NCBI RefSeq assembly: GCF_000392435.1
Contig: NC_021219.1
Span: forward strand, 840,001-872,000
Reading direction: 5' to 3'
DNA: 32,000 bases
Source: Candidatus Saccharimonas aalborgensis
GTDB lineage: Bacteria > Patescibacteriota > Saccharimonadia > Saccharimonadales > Saccharimonadaceae
Position numbers and translations under genes: made by a program. The notes below the pieces were generated by a model. It ran no database searches. It was not told where the DNA came from and was given only the letters and a program-made list of their open reading frames with translations. Of this stretch, positions 25,502-31,618 are shown one piece after another (positions within the stretch are counted from its first letter, which is position 1; every line of letters starts with the position of its first letter).

Positions 25502-26698
25502 ATGCAGATGCAACGTAGGAGCCGTATAATGCGGTGGATAGCCGGAATTGCAGTTGCCCTCATGAGTGTGGGTATGACGTGGTATTTCTTGACACGGCCA
25601 GCCAAGACCCCATCATCAGGGACCAACTCCGCTACTCAAACATCGGTGTCCCCGTCCTCGCCATCGCAAAAAATCAGGATTGCGGCTATGGGTGATATGC
25701 TGGCCCATGATTCGGTGGTATCGCAAGCAAAGATAGCATCAGGATACAACTTCACCCCCTATTTTAGCCGGATTCGACCCGTCTATACACAAGCCGATGT
25801 TGTGTTTTGCAATACCGAGACGCTATCGAGCGGTACGGCCTTCGGCATTAGCGGCTATCCGTCGTTCAACGCGCCGACCGAGTTTGCTGACGGCCTTACC
25901 AAGGGCGCAGGCTGCAATGTCATCAATCTCGCGACAAACCACATCGCCGATAAGGGCCAGCTAGCGATCAACGCAACACTTGACAACTGGCAATCTCAAC
26001 ACGTTTTGGCATACAGTGGCGCCAACCGCTCATCGGCCGAGCAAAACACGGTACGGTATTTTACAAAAAATGGTCTTAAGGTAGCATTTATCGCCTTTGC
26101 TGATTTTAGCAATGTGACGGTGCCTGCGAGCTATAGTCTCAATAATTACCACGACACGGCGCTAGTTAAGAAGCTTCTTACAGAGGCACGGGCTAACGCG
26201 GATGTGGTGATCGTGTCTACTCACTGGGGCACAGAGGATAGCAATATCGTCAACACAGACCAGCAGCAAGCAGCAAAACAATTTGCTGAGCTGGGGGCGG
26301 ATGTCGTCATCGGCACGGGTCCTCACGTCGTCCAACGAGTATCTTGGCTTGATCGTCCCTCTGGAGGCAAGACACTTGTCTGGTACTCGATTGGCAATAT
26401 GCTTTCCAGCCAGCTCAAAACAGATGAGCTCACAGGAGGTGTGGCTGGGTTTACTGTTACCAAACAAAACGGTGTCGTGAGCATAACAGACATGTCGTTT
26501 GTCGGTACCTTTATGAGTTATGAGTGGTCGGCGGCCGACCAGGCGGCGAGTAACTTAGCAGCGAGACACAATCTCCTACTGCAGCCTTTGGCAGAGGCCA
26601 ACGATGCAACTGCAGCCTTTGGCACGACGGTGGCAGAGCGCAGTGCGTACCTTCACCGGGTACTGGGTAATGAGGTTCAGCTAGCGGTAACGCCGTAG
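25502..26698 (+). CDS. CapA-family (PGA_cap metallophosphatase-like) membrane-anchored protein
   Basis: N-terminal TM; IAAMGDMLAHD, NLATNHIADKG, VSTHWGTEDS motifs. TGGTACACT box 6 nt before the ATG. Confidence 0.75.
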   Translation: MQMQRRSRIMRWIAGIAVALMSVGMTWYFLTRPAKTPSSGTNSATQTSVSPSSPSQKIRIAAMGDMLAHDSVVSQAKIASGYNFTPYFSRIRPVYTQADVVFCNTETLSSGTAFGISGYPSFNAPTEFADGLTKGAGCNVINLATNHIADKGQLAINATLDNWQSQHVLAYSGANRSSAEQNTVRYFTKNGLKVAFIAFADFSNVTVPASYSLNNYHDTALVKKLLTEARANADVVIVSTHWGTEDSNIVNTDQQQAAKQFAELGADVVIGTGPHVVQRVSWLDRPSGGKTLVWYSIGNMLSSQLKTDELTGGVAGFTVTKQNGVVSITDMSFVGTFMSYEWSAADQAASNLAARHNLLLQPLAEANDATAAFGTTVAERSAYLHRVLGNEVQLAVTP

Positions 26699-26699
26699 A

Positions 26700-27368
26700 T
26701 TATTTGACCTGACTGCGCTGCTTGAGCTCACTAAGTGCTGCATCAAGATAAGGTTTGGCTTCATCGAGGGCGAGCTCTGATTGGCTTAGTGCTCTCGCAA
26801 GATCTTTGCCGACATACCGAAAGTGCCACGGTTCGTAGGTATATTTTGTGACGCTGATCTTGTCCTTTGGGTAGCGCAAAATAAAGCCATACTCTGCAGC
26901 ATGGGTGGCGAGCCATTTCCCTGCGGCAGTATCCCCGAAACACGTGTCAAGATAACAGGACCGATCAACATAGCTGATATCAAATGTCAGGCCAGTTTGG
27001 TGTTCGCTACGGCCTGGGCGAGCACTAAATGTGTCGGCAACTTCCTGACCATTTTTTGCGACGTAACTATTGTAGTAAATGGCTTGCTGCTCGTATGAGC
27101 GGTAGCCGCTACCGATCATCAGATCATAGCCTTGATTCTTTGCGGCAGCAAATAACGCTTCTACTGCTGGCAAAATATCTGTTCGTAGTGAACGTTCTTC
27201 GCGTGGCTTGTCGCTCCTCGTGGCAACTGTAGCAAGGCTGACAGTAGGAGTGTAATGCGGATTATTGAGAGGATAGTCTTTGCTGACGACGCGCCACACA
27301 CTTGCATCACTTGCATAATCTTCCTTGAGAGCGACAATGGGGGTGGCTCTAGGAAGCGAAACCATCAC
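26700..27368 (-). CDS. VanY / peptidase M15B D-alanyl-D-alanine carboxypeptidase catalytic domain (N-terminal anchor in another frame, see 27365-27526)
   Basis: SGYRSYEQQ, RPGRSEHQTGLTFD, EPWHFRYVG (Zn ligands H, D, H). Confidence 0.85.
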   Translation of the reverse strand: MMVSLPRATPIVALKEDYASDASVWRVVSKDYPLNNPHYTPTVSLATVATRSDKPREERSLRTDILPAVEALFAAAKNQGYDLMIGSGYRSYEQQAIYYNSYVAKNGQEVADTFSARPGRSEHQTGLTFDISYVDRSCYLDTCFGDTAAGKWLATHAAEYGFILRYPKDKISVTKYTYEPWHFRYVGKDLARALSQSELALDEAKPYLDAALSELKQRSQVK

Positions 27369-27526
27369 GTCGGGGGCTGAGTTGGTTTTGATACTTGCTC
27401 AGAAGGAGGGGGTGTTGATGGTGCCGTTGTCTGGTGTGGTGTCAAAACAATCCAGCCGAGGATACCTACGATCGCTACCACGGCAGCGGTAACGACAATC
27501 TTTTTTGAGTGATGACGGATATTCAC
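27365..27526 (-). other. 53-codon ORF encoding the likely signal-anchor of the VanY protein, separated from it by a frameshift at a C5 run
   Basis: Own translation from GTG 27526: VNIRHHSKKIVVTAAVVAIVGILGWIVLTPHQTTAPSTPPPSEQVSKPTQPPT-stop. Adding one C to the minus-strand C5 run (27372-27376) reads ...QPPDVMVSLPRATP in the VanY frame. Confidence 0.6.
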
Positions 27527-27541
27527 ATTGTTTAGGTCTAT

Positions 27542-27964
27542 CTATAATGATTCGAGAACTGTACGACTTACACCGGCTTTTTTTGCGAGGTAGTCTATCA
27601 TTCGTTCCAAACGGTCGATCTTGTGTTGCATAGCTGCCATTTCGGCGGCATAGGTATCTAATTTTGCCGCATAGCCGTCTATCAGAGATTCGAGGCGTCT
27701 GATGTCGTCTTTTGTGGCCATATTCTCGAGTGTTTTTTCGATCGCGCTAAAGCGTTGTTCGTTGTAGACAAACATTTTATCAAACCGCTTATCAATCTTC
27801 TCGAACCGACTATCAATATGCTCAAACCGTTTATCGATTTTTTCAAACCTATCATCGATTTTCTCAAACCTATCATCAATCTTCTCGAACCGCTCAGTTA
27901 CTTCATTGGCAAACTGAGAAAGTGTTGACATAATTTCTGCGTTTGAAACATCGTCTGAACTCAT
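27542..27964 (-). CDS. coiled-coil protein with six tandem heptad units RFEKIDx
   Basis: 140 aa: ...TERFEKIDDRFEKIDDRFEKIDKRFEHIDSRFEKIDKRFDKM... followed by a second predicted helix. Confidence 0.7.
   Translation of the reverse strand: MSSDDVSNAEIMSTLSQFANEVTERFEKIDDRFEKIDDRFEKIDKRFEHIDSRFEKIDKRFDKMFVYNEQRFSAIEKTLENMATKDDIRRLESLIDGYAAKLDTYAAEMAAMQHKIDRLERMIDYLAKKAGVSRTVLESL
27767..27892 (-). repeat. six tandem 21-bp units inside the coiled-coil gene
   Basis: Units of 21 nt lie at 27892-27872, 27871-27851, 27850-27830, 27829-27809, 27808-27788 and 27787-27767. The last is degenerate. Confidence 0.85.
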
Positions 27965-27971
27965 ATGACAA

Positions 27972-28769
27972 TTATATCAGCTCTATACTGACCGGACAAT
28001 GGTCGCTGCCCATGACGTCGGGGTGGATAGTGGGGTTTTTGATCTGGCCAGCGATAGCTTTGCTTGCCAGCCAATAGTCGATGCGCCAGCCGACATTGCG
28101 GGCGCGGGCATTTGCCCAATGCGTCCACCAGGTGTATGCCTCGCTGCGGTCCGGGTAGGCGGCGCGGAACGTATCCACAAAGCCCGCTTCTAGGTAGTCG
28201 CCAAATCGTTCTCGCTCTTGGTCCGTGAAGCCGTGCTTGCCGACATTTGGTTTGGGGTTAGCCAGATCGATTTCCTGATGAGCGACGTTCATGTCGCCAC
28301 AGTAGAGGACGGGCTTTGAGGTTTCGAGCTGTCGGAGGTATGCCAGGCAGGCGCGGTCCCAGTGCTGATAGCGGAGGTTCAGCCGGCTGAGATCACCCTT
28401 GCTATTTGGTGTGTAGCAGGTCACGACCCAAAATTTGTCAAATTCGGCGGCGATGATACGTCCTTCGGCATTGGGGTCACCGTAGCTGTCACCCGTGACG
28501 CCGTAAGTAGCGATAATGTTCGCAGGAAAGCCGTCGATATAGCGAAGGGCGGGCGTTTTGGTAAAGATAGCGGTACCGCTATAGCCCTTTTTGACGGCAC
28601 TATAGAAATGTTCTTCGTATTGTGGTAGGTCGATCTCGACTTGCCCACGCTCGGCCTTGGTTTCTTGCAAACAGAGAATGTCTGGGTCATGATCGGCGAT
28701 AAATCGCTGCAAGGTTCCCTTGCTTAGTACGGCACGAATTCCATTGACGTTCCAGGAGTATAACTTCAT
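27972..28769 (-). CDS. xth: exodeoxyribonuclease III
   Basis: MKLYSWNVNGIRAV..., LCLQETK, GDMNVAH, SDHCPV. Start trimmed to ATG 28769 to match the canonical ExoIII N-terminus. The ORF-track extension to 28877 is not believed. Confidence 0.9.
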   Translation of the reverse strand: MKLYSWNVNGIRAVLSKGTLQRFIADHDPDILCLQETKAERGQVEIDLPQYEEHFYSAVKKGYSGTAIFTKTPALRYIDGFPANIIATYGVTGDSYGDPNAEGRIIAAEFDKFWVVTCYTPNSKGDLSRLNLRYQHWDRACLAYLRQLETSKPVLYCGDMNVAHQEIDLANPKPNVGKHGFTDQERERFGDYLEAGFVDTFRAAYPDRSEAYTWWTHWANARARNVGWRIDYWLASKAIAGQIKNPTIHPDVMGSDHCPVSIELI

Positions 28770-28775
28770 GAGGTT

Positions 28776-28781
28776 ATTATA
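28776..28781 (-). promoter_or_regulatory. TATAAT box 6 nt upstream of the xth ATG (candidate leaderless promoter)
   Basis: The minus strand reads GCTATAAT AACCTC ATG. Confidence 0.45.
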
Positions 28782-28922
28782 GCGTGCTTTGGTTTCATAT
28801 AAAAAAGACCCTGGCGTAGCCGGATCAATCAAATGGTTGTTACATGAAAGGGCGGTGACCCGCCCGACGCTCTTCAAGGAGGCATCGGGCGGGTCTGGTG
28901 GTAAAACCCTGAGGATAAGAGA

Positions 28923-29423
28923 TCACTCGCCGGGGATCGGCAGTGCCTCCAGCTCCCACCCCTTCAGCTCATCGCTGTAGCGCAGCCGTCCGTAGACGGG
29001 CTGGCCGGCGACCAACTGGTCCATGAGACCGCGGTCGGGTCGTTGGCAGACGATCTCGTGGTTGCCCATCCACAGCGTGACGGGGTTGAGGCCGGCCACC
29101 CCTGGTTTGGAGAGCTTGTAGAGATGATTCGCCGCTCGCTCATTGTGGACACTCACCCAGGCGTAGCGGGTGACGTGGAACCAGCCCGTGTTCCATTCGC
29201 GGTCGCGCTTGGCGAGCAGCTGGTCGCCTCGGTACCCGAGGAAGAGGGCTGTGATCAACATCACGACTCCCCAGATCAGCAGGTACGAGTTGACTTTCGG
29301 ACGCATCATGAGCCCAACCAGAAGCATGGTGGGGCCAGTAATGCCACACACCGCCATCGCCCAAGAGGCGATGGCGGCCTTGCGGTGGTAGAAGCCGTAC
29401 TTGCTAGGTACTTCGGTGGCCAC
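28923..29423 (-). CDS. hypothetical membrane protein: two N-terminal TM helices plus ~100-aa soluble C-terminal domain (YdbS/bPH- or NfeD-like architecture)
   Basis: 166 aa with a GTG start preceded by AAGGGAGG and high GC3. TMs are AAIASWAMAVCGITGPTMLLVGLMM and SYLLIWGVVMLITALFLGY. The family is not recognisable by eye. Confidence 0.65.
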   Translation of the reverse strand: MATEVPSKYGFYHRKAAIASWAMAVCGITGPTMLLVGLMMRPKVNSYLLIWGVVMLITALFLGYRGDQLLAKRDREWNTGWFHVTRYAWVSVHNERAANHLYKLSKPGVAGLNPVTLWMGNHEIVCQRPDRGLMDQLVAGQPVYGRLRYSDELKGWELEALPIPGE

Positions 29424-29502
29424 AGGGGGCCTCCCTTCGTTTGATGGGATATTACCATTATTATTATAACATAAATAACAATATAAATAAATACTTAGTC
29501 AA

Positions 29503-29528
29503 ATAAAAAAACACCCTGTTGAGGGGTG
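29503..29528 (-). terminator. rho-independent terminator after the SPFH gene
   Basis: The minus strand reads CACCCCTCAACAGGGTG followed by TTTTTTTATTTG. Confidence 0.7.
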
Positions 29529-29613
29529 AAAACGTGACAAGCTAGGAATCGGTGGCTCACCTCGAGCTGGCGGGGGATCACTCCCCCGCCAGCTCTGTAA
29601 AGGTGGGCAGGTA

Positions 29614-30669
29614 CTACTTGGTGGCGGTTCCGCTGGGCACGACCACCGCGGAGCTGCCGCCGGGCCAGCAACTGAAGCCAGCCGGTAGCGGATACCCCTT
29701 GGCGATGGCGTCCGCCAGGTGGTCGAGGCACTTCGAGACCAGGACGTTGGGATCCTTGGACACTGAAGCCGCCAACTTCTCGTTGGCGATAGCTTGCTGT
29801 TCCGCGGTCTTGACGGCTTGCTGTGCAATGCGCGTCTGGGCTACCTGGCCCTGGAGGTCATTGATCTTGCGCTGGGTGGCATCGTCGTAGTTCATGACGG
29901 TGACCGCCAGCTCCGACACGTCGATCTGGGATCCCACCGCGGTCCTCATCTTGGTGAGGGCCTGACCGCTGAGGACCGACAGTTCGGGTGCGTTGGACTG
30001 ACCGGTCTCGGCATCGACCGACAGCGGGTCGTACGACTCGAAGACGGCATTGAGGACCGACTGCAAGTTCTTGGTCACCAGGGCATCCCTGATGTTCTCG
30101 AACGTGCGGTAGTTCTGGAACAGCCCATCGACCGCCGTCTCCTTGGCCTGCCACTTGACGTACATGTTGGCGCAGGCCACGATTTGGTGCGCGATGCGCA
30201 CCTGGATGCAGCCCTCGTTGAAGGCGGCTCCGGTGGGGCGGTTGTGCGTGTCGGTCTGGATGGCACCGTCCATCAGAGTGACATCCTGCCACGGTGCCTT
30301 GAAGTGAGGGCCGTTGGACATGGAGCTGGTGGGCGCGCCGAGGGTGGTGACCACACCGATGTCCTTGGTGGGGACGATGACGAAGGTGGAGAAGAACAGC
30401 ATGATCGCGGCGAGACCCGCGAGTGCCACACTGCCGTACCTCGTGACCTTGCCGGTGATGGCCTGGGTGCTGGTGTCCGGACGCTGGGGCTGCAATTCGT
30501 GGAAGTAAAGCCCGCGGTTCTCTGCAGCGTCACGCCGCGAGCGCCAGTCGGCCAGCTCCTTCTTGTAATTGTCTTCGATGCCGCTGGCATCGTCGCTGTT
30601 CTTTCGCGCATAGATGCGCGTGCCGATTGCGGCAAGGAGCAGCAACGCGACAACGATGGTTTCGATCAT
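29614..30669 (-). CDS. SPFH / band-7 (stomatin-prohibitin-flotillin-HflK/C) domain membrane protein
   Basis: 351 aa with two TM segments (aa 3-20 and ~79-100). VPTKDIGVVTTLGAPTSSMSNGPHFKAPWQDV... is a typical SPFH core start. The C-terminus is a Q/A-rich coiled coil (INDLQGQVAQTRIAQQAVKTAEQQAIANEKLA). GC3 is very high. Confidence 0.7.
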   Translation of the reverse strand: MIETIVVALLLLAAIGTRIYARKNSDDASGIEDNYKKELADWRSRRDAAENRGLYFHELQPQRPDTSTQAITGKVTRYGSVALAGLAAIMLFFSTFVIVPTKDIGVVTTLGAPTSSMSNGPHFKAPWQDVTLMDGAIQTDTHNRPTGAAFNEGCIQVRIAHQIVACANMYVKWQAKETAVDGLFQNYRTFENIRDALVTKNLQSVLNAVFESYDPLSVDAETGQSNAPELSVLSGQALTKMRTAVGSQIDVSELAVTVMNYDDATQRKINDLQGQVAQTRIAQQAVKTAEQQAIANEKLAASVSKDPNVLVSKCLDHLADAIAKGYPLPAGFSCWPGGSSAVVVPSGTATK

Positions 30670-30827
30670 TGACAGTCTCTCTGCGACGGGTTTGGGCTCC
30701 CGAATCGCACACCACTATCAAGCCAGTTGATAGCAAGGTGCGACTCGGGATAATTCAGTAGTAAATTGATTCCTAGCTTGTCAAGCGCGAGGGTTGCTCG
30801 CACTATGCACGCGTGTAGGCGTGACAT
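30666..30827 (-). CDS. candidate 53-aa upstream ORF translationally coupled (ATGA) to the SPFH gene; may instead be a structured 5' leader
   Basis: Own translation from ATG 30827: MSRLHACIVRATLALDKLGINLLLNYPESHLAINWLDSGVRFGSPNPSQRDCQ-stop. The TGA (30666-30668) overlaps the SPFH ATG (30667-30669). TATAAT (30836-30841) lies 8 nt upstream. Codon bias is weak and the region contains long palindromes. Confidence 0.3.
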   Translation of the reverse strand: MSRLHACIVRATLALDKLGINLLLNYPESHLAINWLDSGVRFGSPNPSQRDCQ

Positions 30828-30889
30828 CGTTGCATATTATAGCAAATTATAGTTAAAAAGTCAATACGTTTTCCAGTGGTCACACCTGC

Positions 30890-30895
30890 TATACT
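30890..30895 (+). promoter_or_regulatory. TATACT box (TGCTATACT) 6 nt upstream of the pyrH ATG (candidate leaderless promoter)
   Basis: The plus strand reads CTGCTATACT AAGCTC ATG. Confidence 0.45.
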
Positions 30896-30901
30896 AAGCT
30901 C

Positions 30902-31618
30902 ATGTATAAACGAATCTTACTCAAACTTTCAGGCGAACAACTACAGGGCTCTCACGAGAGCGGATTTGATACTGAGCGTGCCGTGTGGATCGCTGGACAG
31001 CTCAAACAAGCCCTCGCGACAGGGGTACAAATCGTCATCATGGTTGGTGGTGGCAATTATGCGCGTGGAGCGCAGCTTGCTGATGACAAAATACAGCGCA
31101 TCACTGGGGATTATGTCGGTATGCTGGCCACACTTATGAATGCGCTGACACTGGCTGATGTATTCAATAGCGAGGGCGTCGATGCGCGAGCACTGAGCAA
31201 TATCGAGGCGAATCAGCTTGTTGACCAATTTACCCACCGTCGAGCGGTGAGCCATCTCGATAAACACCGGGTCGTGATCGTGGCGGGCGGAACTGGGCGG
31301 CCGTTCCTCACGACCGATACGGCTGCGGTCAATCTCGCACTAGAGTTACAATGTGATGTTGTAGTCAAGACAACGAAGGTTGACGGTGTCTATACCGCAG
31401 ACCCGGCTCTCGACACCACAGCTACCAAATATGAGCATCTCAGTTACGATGAAGTCATCGCTAACCCCTCTATCACCGTCATGGACAAGGCGGCAATCGG
31501 TCTCGCGCTTGAGCAGCACATTCCTATCGTGATCTGTGATCTCCTGACGGAGGGAAATATAGCCCGTGCAGCTCGTGGCGATACTGTCGGTACACTCATA
31601 GGTGAAAAAATGGCATGA
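30902..31618 (+). CDS. pyrH: UMP kinase
   Basis: 238 aa: YKRILLKLSGEQL, VIMVGGGNYARG, VVIVAGGTGRPFLTTDTAA. This is the typical PyrH amino-acid kinase fold pattern. Confidence 0.9.
   Translation: MYKRILLKLSGEQLQGSHESGFDTERAVWIAGQLKQALATGVQIVIMVGGGNYARGAQLADDKIQRITGDYVGMLATLMNALTLADVFNSEGVDARALSNIEANQLVDQFTHRRAVSHLDKHRVVIVAGGTGRPFLTTDTAAVNLALELQCDVVVKTTKVDGVYTADPALDTTATKYEHLSYDEVIANPSITVMDKAAIGLALEQHIPIVICDLLTEGNIARAARGDTVGTLIGEKMA

Larger units (their letters stand above)
28784..30834. mobile_element. ~2.05-kb high-GC island between the divergent xth and pyrH promoters, flanked by a 9-bp direct repeat
   Basis: Line 29881-29940 is 37/60 GC and most codons end in G/C. TATTATAGC occurs at 28775-28783 and 30835-30843. 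Contents: an SPFH gene, a 2-TM protein gene, and their own terminators and AT-rich promoter patches. No recombinase or transposase is present. Confidence 0.6.

Noticed and set aside
28770-28877. N-terminal 36-aa extension of xth in the ORF track (start 28877)
   Set aside because: The canonical ExoIII N-terminus (MKLYSWNVNGIR) starts at ATG 28769 with a TATAAT box 6 nt upstream. The extension crosses the island border and has no homology logic.
29794-30672. 292-aa plus-strand ORF and several other long ORFs (29858-30292, 30273-30653, 29043-29444, 29499-29828) in the high-GC island
   Set aside because: High-GC DNA yields long stop-free frames on both strands. Only the minus-strand frames give recognisable SPFH motifs, TM helices, SD-plus-start contexts, G/C-ending codons and downstream terminators. 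The 292-aa product is a low-complexity G/D/R/L string.
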